A stretch of 64,000 nucleotides of DNA, from assembly GCA_036867785.1 (NCBI GenBank), contig CP145424.1:372001-436000 (forward strand), written 5' to 3'. The stretch comes from Plasmodiophora brassicae. Lineage: Eukaryota. The position numbers and the translations under genes were made by a program. Positions 24,701 to 38,229 of this stretch are shown piece by piece; the first letter of the stretch is position 1, and every line of letters starts with the position of its first letter. The notes under the pieces were generated by a model. The model was not told the origin of the DNA. It ran no database searches and saw only the letters and a list, made by a program, of their open reading frames with translations.

Positions 24701-25667
24701 TGGCACCGAGAAAATTCCAGCAGGAAAGAATGCATATGCACTTCGGCAGGAACCTGTGCCGACGACACTGAGACCCCGCCCGTGCAGACGAACGTATTCT
24801 GCGAGGGCCAAATTACCAAACTTCCTGGGCGTCGTCTGAAACCGTCTTTTCCGAAACGAGGTCCTGAGCATCTTCGACAGCTTCTTCGGCGTCAAAGAAT
24901 ACATCCTGACAGATGAATGACTAAACGTGCAATAAAGGGGGCGTGGGTGACCTACGCCCTCGAAAGCGGCGTCTTCGGACGATACTGATGGGTCCGAATC
25001 GTCAGCCGCCCCCGGGACGACATCAGAGGTGCCGTCGACAGTTGGTAAATCGCAAACCACAGTCTCCTTAGCAGCAGGTTCCTCCGGTGATTCGAAACTA
25101 ACCGAAAGTTAATCGTTAACGCCAAAGACACAGACCGATGAAGTAGCCTACCGAGAGCCCGTTTGTACGTGAACGTTCTCGCTGGCCACACTTTTGCTGT
25201 CGATTTGTATGGCCGTTGCTTTCGCCTTCGCAATTGTCTCCTACGTTGGACACGTCAGCCATGTCACGTTGGCGTCAGGCAAACGCGGCATATACATTCG
25301 AGGCGCGCTCAAAGAACATTAGGCAATAGCCGTATAGCCGTTCCCCGCTTCCAATCGTCGAAGCGAATGAGAAGAAGGTCGGCATTTCGGATGTCAACGA
25401 GAAGCGTAACCCATGGGGCAGGCAGAACATTGCGATGCCTGGAGGGAATTCCACGACGCTGTCATTAGGCGACACGGTCATTGGAAAGCGATCGAGGACA
25501 TCTCCTGCGGAGCGTATCAGGGTCGTCATACAATGGCACGAAAGAGCGAATGCACCTTGGAAGGAAATCTTCAACGGGTCACTACTATTCTGCCCAGCGA
25601 TCGGGACAAGATCGTCGCCGGCGCCGACAACGACGAAATACTCGCCCAATCGCGCCGACCTCGCCAT
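21737..25667 (-). CDS. DENN-domain Rab GEF with PPR-like repeat and C-terminal Cys domain (DENND4-like)
   Basis: EYFVVVG...VLDRFP...IAMFCLPHG...LYGYCL (uDENN); PPR-like CYRDLIVAFGKCKHPDLA; C-terminal CPQC...GW...YTTAC..C...FVP...EYLSP..L.KEL...IFWNLVW; many introns. Confidence 0.85.
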
Positions 25668-26438
25668 CGGTCACCGACTGACGATGCTGAACATGTGCAC
25701 CCGAACGCGACGACTCGACTGTGTGACGCGACACGTCCAGTGCCTGTATCACACGCCCGCAGGACGGCACGCTCCCACAAACGCCTGGCCGTAAAGTCGC
25801 CAATGTCCTCCGAGGCGAACCGTACCCGCGGAACTGCGCCGCCCTTCCGACGCGCGTCGTCCTAAAATCGGAACCACGTCACTCACACCAGTCACCAGTC
25901 GGCAATGTTTCACGGGAGACGACGTTGCGGACAACAGCAATGCTGTCCATACCGGCGGACATTCGCGGCACTGGTGAATCAGAGCAAGGGGTCCGTGTTG
26001 AAGAGGCCAACATGACACCTTGGGGCTGCCTGGAGCTGATACTTCCAAGGGCTCAATTGACCATAAAGTAGACTGAGTTTATAGATAGCGGGTGAACCTC
26101 GTACTCAGCCTCAGGAATGAAATTCTGGATACGATTCTCGATAGACCATACGTTCAGGATATGAGGACAGCCTCGTTGATGCCAGACACGGCATTGAATT
26201 CGTCGACTGCGGCGCGAAGTTTACTCTCCGCCCAACGGGGCTTCTCCTTTAGGGAGCGTGTCGTGATTCTCGCCTGCTTCGAAATCTTCCGATCGTCCTG
26301 CGCCATGTTTCCAGGCCGCGCCCTGGTCCCCATCACCCGTTCCGTCGGCGCAGGTTCGGCGTTGTTTTTGATGTCGCGGTGACGGCAAGGCCGATTAGCA
26401 GCCGCGGATAGGAATTGCGCGGCGACGTCGACGCGACG

Positions 26439-27542
26439 ATGGAGGTCGCCAGCGCGGTCAGCGAGTTCATGGGGTATGCTGTCGAGTGGAGCCCGTTCCA
26501 GCAGAACCGGCTCGCAGTCGCTACGGCCCAGGTTGCGGGATTGTGTCCAGATAGGCGCCATGGGATCTGACGTCACCGTTAGCATTTCGGCGTGATCGGC
26601 ACCGGGCAGCAATGTATTTTCGATGTCGTCAATGGGCAGCTGGTCAACGTGACCACGTTCAGCTGCCCAGAAGGATTGTTTGACTGCGCCTGGAGCGAGT
26701 GTAACCCGAACCATGTCGTGTCGGCGTGCGGCAACGCGTCCGTCCGCCTTTGGGACCTGTCCGGGCAGACTCCTCCTAGGATATTCGCTGAACACACTGC
26801 CGAAGTATATAGCGTTGACTGGAACCTCGTCTCCAAGGATACGTTCCTCTCTGGTTCATGGGATGGTACCGTTAAGGTCTGCCTGCCGTCCACCGATGTA
26901 CTGGTGTGCATTCTCTAATGTTCGTGCTCATGGCAGCAATGGCATCCTGGGCGCCCATCAAGCATTCGTACTTTCCAGGAGCACACTGGATGCATATACA
27001 GCAGTCGATGGTCTCCGCATCGCGCTGAATCGTTCGCTTCTGCCTCGGGCGACAGGACGCTGCGGATTTGGGACCAGAACGCCCCCAGGGCGGCCATGTG
27101 CATTCCCGCGCATGATCACGAAGTGCTGACTTGCGACTGGAACAAGTACAACCCGAATATTATCGCCACTGGATCGGTGGATCGAACGTTGCGGATATGG
27201 GACCTTCGATCCCAGAGGATGCTTCATTGCCTGAAAGGGCACGAGTTTGCCGTTCGAAGGATCAAGATGTCCCCGCACCGTGAAACCGTTGTCGCATCCG
27301 CTGCTTAGTACGTGAAATGGCTATTGGGGTTTAGCGTTGCCTAACAGTTTCGCAGTGATACCACCGTCCGTGTTTGGGATTACGCCGCTGTCGACAACCC
27401 GCTCCTGTTCCAGTTCGACAAGCATACCGAGTTCGTGCTCGGCGTCGACTTCAACCTGTTTGTCGAAGGCCAGCTTGCGACCTGCGCCTGGGACAACCGC
27501 ACATTCGTTCTGCAGTTACCTGTCCCCGCACGCGGATCGTAA
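26439..27542 (+). CDS. PEX7: Peroxisomal targeting signal 2 receptor (WD40)
   Basis: GYAVEWSPFQQNRLAVATAQ/HFGVIGTG, GLFDCAWSE, EHTAEVYSVDWN, AHDHEVLTCDWNKY, HTEFVLGVDFNLF; three introns. Confidence 0.9.
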
Positions 27543-27775
27543 AACTAACTATAAACCGCGAAGGACGGCACATTATCGAGTGGTAGGGTGGTTATTACCA
27601 TTCCAACTTGAGGCAGTCACGTGTCCAGTGCTCGAACAGTCCTCCAAAAATCAAAACGGGCTGATCAATCGACGAGTGCGAGGCGCGGAACTTTTGTCAT
27701 TGCGCGTGTCCGCTGCCATTTGGTGAAGCTGTTGTTGTCGGCGCGGGTGCAGACAGGACGGGGGTCGTGCGTGAT

Positions 27776-30127
27776 ATGACGGCCTCCAGAGTGCTTCACG
27801 GTACGTGCATGTGCCCAGTGACCGGCGGGTGGCGTTTCGGTTGATGGGGGGCGGCGTCAGATGGTGGGCAGACCCCGCCGTCGTTTATGAAAGACCTGCC
27901 GGCGTCTGAGTCGCAGATCATACCGATCGCGACGCTGATTGACGAATTGAAAAACGATAATATGGCGGTGCGGTTGGCGTCGGTCAGGAAATTGGGCGAC
28001 ATCGCGCGGGCGCTTGGCCCGGAGCGGACACGCAACGAGCTTATTCCATATTTGAATGAGTTCATCGAAGACGAAGACGATGTTCTCGTAGCGCTTGCGG
28101 AACAGGTCCCGAAGCTTGTCGATTATGTAAGAAGGAACAAGCCTACGGTTGCCGACAATTCCTAAGCGACGCATAGATCGGCGGGGTCGAATTCGGGCAT
28201 GTTCTCTTTGCGCCATTAGAAACAATAGCGGCAGTTGAAGAGCCAGCCGTCCGAGACAAAGCGATCGAGTCCGTAGTCAAAGTCGCGTCGATGCTGAGTC
28301 GAGAGCAGATTATCGACCATTTCCTGCCCCTCATTGAACGTCTTGCAATGGGGGAATGGTTCACGTCTCGGGCCGCTTGCTGCCCCCTCTTTGTCGTTGC
28401 CTACAGAGCGCTTGCTAAAACGTTAGACGTCGATGGCCAAAGGCACGTCACGAGGTCGATATTGTTACGCGCATCGGTTGACGTTTCCGTTGTCGTAGAT
28501 GTTCGCTGTTGCTGCAACTGTTTGCCAAGTTATGTGCCGATGACACGCCCATGGTCCGGCGAGCTGCGTCGTGCAACTTGGGCGACCTTTGCCACGCCGT
28601 CGATACGAAGCTATTCACCGGGATCCTCTATCCGTGTTTCGTCGCTTTGGCGAAAGACGACCAGGACTCTGTCCGGCTTCTTTCTGTGGAGTCCTGTGTC
28701 AAGATCGGGGCCATTCTCAACAAGACCGATATCGTAAGCCTGTCGCTTTTGCCGCCGTGCTTGTGCTGTTCCTCATGGCTCTTAGGACCAGATTCTGCTT
28801 CCAATTCTCCTGACCTCGTTTGAGGACAAGTCGTGGCGCGTGCGGTACATGGCTGCGGACAAGATTATCGACGTACAGGATTGCGTTGCTGAGATGCTTT
28901 GGACGCGCGGCCTAACCAGTCGATGTAGCTGTGCAAGCCGTTCGAACCAGCCGTTATCCGTGGACCTATAGTGGACGCCTTCATCAAGTTACTGCAAGAC
29001 CCGGAGCCGGAGGTGCGGACCGTTGCGTCCTCGAAAGTCGCCTGTACGCAACGACGTGCATGTCGTTGTATGCGTGCGCCTGTATCTGACGACGTCGTCG
29101 TAGTGTTCTCCGAACACCTGGACCGGTCACTGATAATGACAAAAGTCATGCCCGTCGTGAGGGACCTGGCATCCGATGCGTCCCAGTATGTCCGGGCCGC
29201 TCTGGCCACGGCTGTCATGGGCCTTTCTAAGTTTATCAATCGAGACGATTTCTACGACAGCATTCTTCCTCTGTTTCTGTTGCTCCTTCGTAAGGAAGAT
29301 GTCGATTTCCGGGTTCGGGCAACTGAACCTGCGATATAGGTGATCCAGTTGCGGACGTTCGATTGAACATCATATCTCGACTGGACGGAACTCGTGATCT
29401 GGTCGGCATGGATCTGTTTACAAACTCTCTACTTCCTGCGATCGTGGAACTTGCCAGTGACTCGAACTGGCGCGTCCGACTGGCGATCATTGAGAACGTC
29501 CCCCTGATTGCAGAGCGACTAGGGTCGTCGTTCTTCGAGGACCACCTGCAGAATCTGTCAATGTCCTGGATGTGCGATCCGGTGTTCTCCGTCCGGACTG
29601 CCGCTACCAAGAACCTGACACGCTTTACGCGAATCTTTGGACCCGAATGGTCCGCGAAGTTCGTCGTGCCTCGCGTGGTGGAAATGATCTCCAACCCGCA
29701 CTACCTGTACAGAATGAATGCGATGACTGCCGTTATTGTAAGGTGCCGGCGGCGTGACGTGTGTGCCGCCCGACTGAGGCAGTGGCTCTAGGAGCTTGCA
29801 TCCGTCCTGAATGCAGGCATTGTTACGCAGTCCCTTCTGCCGGCCGTTCTGAAGCTCGCCGATGATTCCGTCCGTACTGTGGTTGCTCTGTCCGCCTTGC
29901 TGCATCCCTCATGTTTCGTGCAGGTGGCTAACGTCCGATTCAATGTGGCGAAATTCCTCAAGGCAGTGTCTGAACACCTGTCTCCGCAAATGATCGAATC
30001 GGCAGCGATGCCTGTGCTGAAGAAACTGTCAGCCGATGACGATGTCGACGTTCGCTATTACGCTGACGTCACAATTCAAGAGTTTAATTCGCGGTCAAGG
30101 CAGGATGATGTCGTGATGACTGACTGA
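27776..30127 (+). CDS. PPP2R1A: Protein phosphatase 2A scaffold (A) subunit, HEAT repeats
   Basis: PIATLIDELKND...LGPERTRNELIPYL, WFTSR, DDTPMVRRAA, DKSWRVRY, NWRVRLAIIE, HYLYRM, VANVRFNVAK; many introns. Confidence 0.95.
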
Positions 30128-30257
30128 GCCCATCGTCGCGAATGCGATCGTAGAGTCAAGTGTTCCGGGCATGTAATTTATTGATCAATGCATTCCATTT
30201 CGACATACACAGATCAATGTTATGGGCTTGCTGGCTGTGTTAGGTGAACGTGTCTCA

Positions 30258-31873
30258 TCACCAGTACTTCAACGTGAGGTCAAGTTGGTCGCAGATGTAC
30301 GCCGTGCCAATCACGACGAAGAGGTACGACAGGAGCAGGACGATTGCAACGAAATCCGACGCATACAGCGTCTGTACCGTCAGGTTGACGAATCCCGTTA
30401 GCAGATTGGCCACCAGGAACACAACGAGCTGGTTCCGTGCGACGGCTGTCAGAACAGGCTTGTCGTGGTTCTCGCTCGGCCCAACAGATACCAAGTCGTA
30501 CGCAAGGAGGAACGCAACAATGGCGGTATTGATTGCCAGGATCCACGTCACGAAGTACAGGTTCGCTAACCGACGCGAAACGTACCCGCTGCCACGCGTG
30601 ACGATAATCGCAAAGCAAACCAACGAGGACGCCGCCAATCCACGAACCAGATGCCACCAGGACTCTCGTGTCCTCTGTCGTTGCAAACGCCTCCCGATAT
30701 CCACTCCAACCAGATACAACGACAGGTACCCTAACGAACTGCAGAGACCTTCCCGGTTGGCCGCCCACAACGAAGTGTCGCGAGCGCTGTGGAATAGGAA
30801 CTCGAGATTCGGGTCCAGAACGCCGAGGGCAACCTCGAACAGAACACTGACGCTAATGGCGACAGGAAGCGGCGGCACGACCTGCAGGACCGGATCCAGG
30901 AGAGCCGACGCAAGCGCAACCGACGCAAGCGTGAAGAAGAAATTCCCTGATCGGACGCACGTGTCACTGGAACCAAACGGACGCACCGGCCGCCAGGAGC
31001 TTACAATGCACACCGTATTCGGAAACGTGTGTCTGGTAATCCACGGCACGGACGGCCGCGAGCCGAACGAACCCCAGCACCAGTACGGGAGCGCATGAGA
31101 GGAGAACGCGAAGGAACGGCGCCCGCACTCGTCGCGCCTGCTTCGAAACGAGGCCAGAGGAGAAGACAACGAACCCGACACCGGTGTCCATCAGGGACGT
31201 CCCGAACGTCTCGGTCTTGACGAACCGCCGGGGGAATACGGGGAAGTCGACAGCCAGGATCGCACAGATCGTGCAGATCATGAACGAGGCTCGGAACCAG
31301 GTCACGAAACGGAGCCGGGAATGCGCCAGCCGCTGGACCTGCGACGGGTGATCCCAGGCGACGACCGACGGTCGCCACAGAACGCACACGGTGCTGACGA
31401 CGACCTGCAGCCCAAGCACCACCTGCGGGGCACGATCAGGGTAAAAGCGAGTGTACAGGCAACGTTGCTGGCTGGCACCGGTAACGCAGTTGGATACAGC
31501 ATGACGAGCATGACGACAACGGGGGTGGCGAGAAACTCCAGCGCAAAGTTGCCCAGCAGGGACGTTTGCGAGAGACGCGTCGGGCGCAGGACCCGCCAGA
31601 CGAGATGATGGGACACGATCGACATCTGCGCCGTCGGTTTGTCAGCCGCGCGGGAACGCCCAGGACAACGCTGCTGCCGGCGCGACTGACGGCGGTGACC
31701 GCACAGATCAGGTTGACCTCGGCCAGCGACGTCCCGCCCGACCCGCTGACGAACGCCTCCTTCTGCGCCTTGTACAGCGGCGAATCCGCCCTGAACCGCT
31801 GCGCGAACCGCATGCGGTCGCTGCCCGCATCGGACTCGATGCCCAGGTCCCCCCAGGAAGCCGCCGCCGTCAT
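30258..31873 (-). CDS. PIGW: GPI inositol acyltransferase (GWT1/PIG-W)
   Basis: YKAQKEAFVSG, CAILAVDFPVFPRRFVKTETFGTSLMDTGVG, YQTHVSEYGVH, ANREGLCS, VSRRLAN. Confidence 0.92.
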
Positions 31874-32065
31874 CGCTGATCGCGCGCGACGCAGTGCGTC
31901 CCCCCACCGCGCGCCAACGTTACGTACTACAACGGCCGTCTGCGACACCTGATGGTGCCCCGGTGGCAGGCCATCGGATTGGGTTCCCGGCGGGGCCAGT
32001 GGGGCCATGCCAGCCATTGTGTGTTAGTATCCCTTATTCAGGTGTTCGTCGGCTAGCGCGAGCGG

Positions 32066-33832
32066 TTATGCGGCGAACAGGTCGGCGCCGGATTTCGACA
32101 GGGTGGCCTCGTCGCAGACGGCGTTGATGAATTGCAGGGACGCTCTACAGTGTTGCAAGGTCAATCCGGATGTGTGTGTGTGGGGGAAGGGGACGCGACA
32201 CCTCGTACCGCTCCATGAATGAGTGCCCGAGGTCGAACGCGCTGTGCAGGAACCCGACATGGCCGCCCGATGGGACGACCGTGAGGAACAGGTTCTCGTT
32301 GGTTCCGGAGGCGAATACGTCAACCGGAATACCGTGCGACCTTGCACCAGGCGGTCAGACGACACACATGTGTGGGGAACGACACCAGCTACGGGCAAAT
32401 AGGGTCGTCGTCGGCGTTCACACACAGGAGTGGTACGCCGACGGCGTGGATACGGGAATCAGTGGAGCACTCATCGTAGTAATGGACAACGTCGCGGAAA
32501 CCTATCACCCCGCCGCCGTTTACCCAGACCTGGGGCGTCATACGCGCAGCGCCACGAACCGAATATCGGGACGACCAGCTCTGTGTCAAACTGTCGAACC
32601 GTAGTAGCTCGGAAAACGGCCTTCCAGTTGATCAAGGTTTCCCCCATCTGTAGAACGTGATGGTGCCTCCTTGCGTACTGAACCAAGCCGCGCTGTTTCC
32701 CAGACGTCCGTTAGGTAACGCACGTGCTATGCGCCGCTAGATTACCGCGAGGTATCTGTTGATGATGACTTTCTTGACGCTGAACGGCCGCTCGAGCTGG
32801 ACAGAGCTCTTGTGCATGTTGAAGCTGGCACACAGAGCGACAGCACCGTGGACTGGCAATTGGTTTAGGGTCCGACCATGATGTGCCATGGTAGAAGCAG
32901 ACGACCTTTGCCGATTGCCCGTGTGCTTTCCTCGCTGAGGTACTTGACCAAGATACCGGCGCCAAGCGAGAACCCGATCATAAACAGCGGCGTATCGGGG
33001 TCGAGGACTTCCTCTCGTAACCAGTCCACGGCGCGCCGAACGTCTCCCGTATGCGCGGCGTTGTACCCTACAGGCCTGTCGTGTTACTGGGAATGCCGTC
33101 GACGGCCACATTCTTGCAGATGACCTCGTGGCGACGCCAGGACGGTTCCGCCACTACCCCGGTTGTTCAGGCAGCAGCAGGTGTACCCGTGCTGGTGAGC
33201 GGCCCAGTTCATCCAGTGGATGTACACGGCATTGCTTCGGCATGTGAGTTATAACGGGCCATCGTGACCGGGTCGCACGTCCATACCTGCATCCGTTCAG
33301 GCCATGCAGCATCAAAATCATGGGCTTGCGCCTGCACGACGATATACATCACTGCCACACGCCGGAATGTACACGAAGCGGTACCGGTCTGGCATATCCG
33401 GGCCATCATGGGGCAGAACGAAATCGACGAATATGGGGACGTCGTCGACGGCGTCGACTGGAACTCGTACACGCTTATGTTTAACGTCGTGCTCTGACGC
33501 ACCGCGTCAGCACGGCGCCACACCCCAGGCCGACCACCAACCTGGCGGCATGCGACGGATCGCGGTCACCATCGTGTGAATAATGCCATTGGACAGCAGC
33601 GCCGGCACCTCGTACACGTCATGCAACGCGGGGCACTTCCCCATTATCCGGGCGTTCCGGGCCGTCCCGCAATAGACGACAGCGTTGCGCTCTACGGTGC
33701 CGCCCCGTCATCGACGTCGTCATCCACCTTACGCGGATCCGCGCGCTCACCGGTCCGACGTCGGCGCCTGAGGAAGACGCCGAACGCCACGGCCGCGACG
33801 GCGGACGTGACCAGGACGACGTTGACCCCCAT
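32066..33832 (-). CDS. Alpha/beta hydrolase, ABHD1/2/3 (YheT-like) family
   Basis: N-terminal TM, nucleophile GFSLG, VRQFD, PLLCVNADDDPIC, SGGHVGF; many small exons. Confidence 0.8.
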
Positions 33833-34144
33833 GAACCTGACGATAAATAATAATTACGCAACGGGCGACGTGACGTCTCCGGGGGGCAGACGCAGACGCG
33901 GGGAGTTGCGCGTAGCCCCCCTGTACAGGCACAGTACGGGGGCCGGAGCACGCGCACAGTGCAGAACACCGCGCCGAGGAAAAGGAGCACGGCGCGCAGA
34001 TCATTGCGACGCGTTTCGTCAATGAGTCAAGTCGGCACGATATGGCATGAGTCAACGGTACGGGCGCGGGTAGATACTTGCCAGTGAGAACGGGCTCGCC
34101 ACATTTCAAGACACCGTGGCAATCCCACATACCGTTTAGTAGAG

Positions 34145-34648
34145 ATGTCGCGCGCGTTCGCCGTTATTGCCGTTGCGGTATCGTGTGCCTGGATGGCGGT
34201 GCATGCGTTCCCGAACGGGTCGCCCATCTGCGACGCGACCTACGACGCTATAAAGGAGATGTCGACGCCCGACAAGAACGTGAACCCTAAACCATGGGCC
34301 ATTGCTGCGACGAAGAAGAACGGCGGTCTGGAAATTCGAATTGTGCCACACAAAGGCAGTCCATCGTATACCGGTTTCCTGCTGTACGTCGTCAACGCCA
34401 AGAACGAGCATGTCGGTACGTTCGAGCTGACCGACTTCGCCAAGGCGGTCACGAACGAGAACTGCAATGACGGGTCCACGATCACGCAGGTGAACAGCGA
34501 CTCGAAGACAAAGGACACCCGGTTCCTGTGGCACGGCCCGCCTGGGCCCTCGAAGGAACAGCTCCGCATCAAGGGCGCCGTTGTCGTCGAGCTTCAGGAG
34601 TGGTACATCCTGGACGACCGCAAGATCGAATGGCAGCCCGCGAAATGA
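34145..34648 (+). CDS. Secreted Reeler-domain protein
   Basis: Signal peptide, then FPNGSPIC...YTGFLLYV...VGTF...C...TITQ...FLWHGP Reeler pattern; intronless, 167 aa. Confidence 0.75.
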   Translation: MSRAFAVIAVAVSCAWMAVHAFPNGSPICDATYDAIKEMSTPDKNVNPKPWAIAATKKNGGLEIRIVPHKGSPSYTGFLLYVVNAKNEHVGTFELTDFAKAVTNENCNDGSTITQVNSDSKTKDTRFLWHGPPGPSKEQLRIKGAVVVELQEWYILDDRKIEWQPAK

Positions 34649-34752
34649 ACCGTTAACTCATACACTCGCCGTATCGAGCATGCACGCAGGCCAGGGTCAT
34701 GTAGCAGTCGACCCGTGGCACTGGCAGAGCTGTAAGTCCGTGGTTGTCAGGG

Positions 34753-36020
34753 ATGGCGGCCGTCGATGACGTCGATGGCATGTTCGGGTCGGACGACGAC
34801 GACGACCAGCATGAGCTTGTCCAGCGCGACGACGACGAGATGCTGTTCGGATCGGACGACGAGCCGGAATCGCAATCTGCTCGCGATTCGTCGGCGGCGG
34901 CACCGACGAAGCGTGCGGCCAGGATTGCCCTCGGGGAGAGCCGCACGATTCGCGGGTCGGATCCTGGTCAAGGCGTTCGTATAGGCGGGACCGGTAAAGC
35001 CGATGACGCCACGTCCGACCTAGCAATCGGTAGCTGAATTGAGTTTGCTCTAGGTACGGAGATGTGTGTCGTGAAGATGCCATCCTGGATGGGGTTTGAA
35101 TCGCGGGAATTCACGAGCAGTACCGTCGACGATGAGATCGCCGCCGGCGTGAACGCCGACGACATCGTCCATAAGATTCGGTGGCGGAAATCGAAGGACG
35201 AACACGGCGACGAGATCCGTGAAAGCAACGCCCGCCTGGTCACCTGGTCCGATGGCTCTGTTCAGGTCTGCACGGCGATTAGTTTGGTCTACAGGGCATT
35301 AACCGACGGCTGTGTTACACAGCTTCTGGTCGGGTCGTCCGTCTTCGATGTTATCAGGACCTCGCTGCCAGAGAACCTTCACTGCTTGTTCGACGCGGGT
35401 CCCGATGGCCTGCAGAAGCATCGTGCCGGGTTCCAGGCGAAACTGCTTGTGAAATCCAAGGACGTTGTCGCACCGAAGCGGCCTCGTGCCGTCGTCGCCC
35501 CCGTGCAGACGACGAGGAAGATTTACACTGTCAAGGACCCCGAGCAGGAAGTCGCTGAGAAAGTGAAGGTATATCGCGTCGTGTCGTTTATGGTTTCATC
35601 GGTCACTGAACTGTGTGCCAGCGGCATCGTCAACTAGAAATGCGGGAACGGGCGCGTGACAGGGGCACCAGGTGGATCCCGCCGCCGGATAACTTCTCGG
35701 CCGATTTCCTCGAGGAGTACTCCGAAGAGGAAGACAGTGCCAACGAGGAACGCTGGCAAGCACGGCGCCCGTTGCGACGAACCGCCAGTGATGACGAAGC
35801 CGCTGCGGAGCGTTTGCAGGCCGTCAAGCGTGGCGACGACGTTGTTCGTGGCAGGGCGGTCGTCAAGAAGAAGGCGGCTCCCAAACCGTCAACCAGCCCG
35901 GAACCAACATCACCTGCCGAACCAGAGGAAGAGGACGAAGAAGACGTCGTCGAGGTCCGACACAAGACCACGTCTGGCCACAAACGACGCCACGTTATCG
36001 AGGAATCCGATTCTGAATAA
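34753..36020 (+). CDS. LEO1: PAF1 complex subunit LEO1
   Basis: Acidic MFGSDDD repeats, VKMPSWMGFESREF, IRWR...ESNARLVTWSDGS; multi-exon. Confidence 0.85.
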
Positions 36021-36896
36021 TTGTAACGGCCCGCTGACATGCATGAGAAGCAACAACCGGTCCCCCGCATCGACGTTGAACATAGTGGCGACAGATGACT
36101 GGTGCAGGGACTGCTATGTAGTAACCGCATACCGACAAAGAGGGTGGTCGCGTATACTAAAACAATTGCACGCCGCCCAGTCTCCGCTCAAGGCGCTCAG
36201 CCGTCTATCTACCCTGGGTTAATTTTACGGCCCACACTGTAGGAGTTCCCCTTTAGGACCTGTGTCGTTGTGGGGAGTAACAGTTGTCCATCTGTCCCCA
36301 ACTGTATACCTACATACGTCTCTGCATTGTCGACGGTAATCCGACTGTGTGATCACTGAACTATATCGTCTACGTCGCAACCTGCACTCCAGCTTCTACG
36401 GAGCGCATGGCTCGACCATGACGTCGTCTAACGGGCCCCGGTCTTCGAATCAATGCACAGCGTGACTCTTCAAACGAGCCACTGTAACATGTCAAACGGG
36501 ACATACCCACAATGCTGACCATTATTACCGTTCTGCCACCGCGGCGCCGCCACCGCCCTCCGGTTGTCCGTTAGACAGCTCAGCGTCACTGAACGCAATT
36601 ATTACCCTTGGTCGGTAAATGCAACGCGTCATCGCAATCATCTACAACAGCGCCTGGAGGACCCATCACGTCGACGGCTCCTGGTGGCTCCGACACGACT
36701 CCTGGTGGCCGCGGCACGGCACCTGGTAACCCCGACATGACTCACAGTGGGCTTCCTGCGAAACGACTGCGACAGAGGAGCAGATCCTGCGCAATAAGCA
36801 CGCGTTCGCTTAAAGAATAAGATATGGAGTACCGGTGGAGATGCTCCCAGACATGCGCGCGGGGGCGTGAGGCACATGGTAATGCGATTCGTTTAT

Positions 36897-37682
36897 TCAG
36901 TAGTGTGAGGGAGCGACGCTGGGCCATGGGTTCAACGGGCCAAAACCAAGGTTGCGGTCAGCAGCGTCGTATACTAGGTCATCAAAAGTACTGCCTGGGC
37001 CTAGAAGGCCTTCTGCGAGCTCATCTGGTGTCTTGCCGTCAGAGTCCACCTCTTGGGGGTGAGCGTCACGACGGAGAAGTAACAACACCATGCGGCCATG
37101 AGGCGTATGATTTATCCGTCCACGCTGCAGCCACTTAGCGCACAATGCAAAGCTGTGCCAAGTTGCGTCCCGCGCCTGCGACCGTTCGAACCCGTCCGTT
37201 GTGCGCTGCTGCAGCTAGAATCGGCATGCTGCGACATTCAGCCAGCCTGCCGGCCTGAATGCCGGGGAGGCCCACCAGAATCTCGAGCGCCGGATCACCA
37301 TCACGCGAACAACAATCCAGCTGCGAAACCTATCCTTCAGGAGATTGACAACTTCCAGACTACAGGGCAGGGGAGCATTACCCACTTCAGCACGTTACCA
37401 CCAGGATACCAAGGGGCAGGGCACTTCGTTGATAACGGTAATGCTCCCTTGCTCTGTAGTCAGGAAGTCGTCAATCTCCTGAAGGATAGGTTTCGCAGCT
37501 GGATTGTTGTTCGCGTAATCCTGAAGCGTTAGGTAGCCTTCATCATGTCCCTGCCAGCTATGCTCAGTAGTTAAAGATGCACTCAAGGGGCGCAGGCGCA
37601 CCGCGGCGCACTTGACACCCACGGTGACGAGGAGGATGCACGACAGCAGGACGACGTGTGAGGAACTCCCGGCGGCAGCCAT
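36897..37682 (-). pseudogene. Disrupted secreted protein gene with ankyrin-like fragment
   Basis: Signal peptide MAAAGSSSHVVLLSCILLVTVGVKCA, stop at 37395 next to a fold-back duplication; downstream MVLLLLRRDAHPQEVDSDGKTPDELA resembles an ankyrin repeat. Confidence 0.45.
37303..37516. repeat. Near-perfect inverted repeat, 80-bp arms (37303-37382, 37437-37516), 54-bp spacer
   Basis: Direct comparison of the arms gives 4 mismatches in 80 bp. Confidence 0.95.
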
Positions 37683-38229
37683 CGCTCGACGATCAACGGG
37701 CAAGCCGTAGAATAGTCCGAATGACGGGCCTACCACCGCCAGCCCCGGGCTCCATGGCGCCTGTGCGCCGGGGGTCCACGGCCCAGGCCCAGCGCGCGCC
37801 AGGCCCTCCTTTTTCCCGCAAAGGCTTCCACTCTGGAACAGCGAAATCAGGGGCCCAGGGCCAGGCGCCCCACTCGGGAAGCGCTCACCTGGGCTGAAAG
37901 TCCGTGAAACCGCGTGCGCATCCCAACGCCGTGCTGTGCCCGGCGCCGCCGCCGCCGCCGCTGCTGCTGCTGCCAAGCGCCAAGCGCCTGCCCGTTCTGG
38001 CTCGTCGTCCGTTTCCGATCGTGAAGGCGTGCTGCCCGATGGAGCACGCGCGTCGGACCGGCGCCCCGGTCGGCGACCTGGTCGAGCAGCGCCTCGAAAG
38101 CGATTAGCTGCTATAGCTGATCGTCGGTAGGCAGCCGTTCGCCGACCCTGGATGTGGCCTGCCTCGCCGGGCGGTGCATCCCGCGTCTGAAGACAGAGCA
38201 ATGTTGCACCTGACAGGTTCACCGGTTGG

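Noticed and set aside
25860-26310. Possible small spliced minus-strand gene (MAQDDRKISKQ...)
   Set aside because: No recognisable domain and the exon structure could not be resolved
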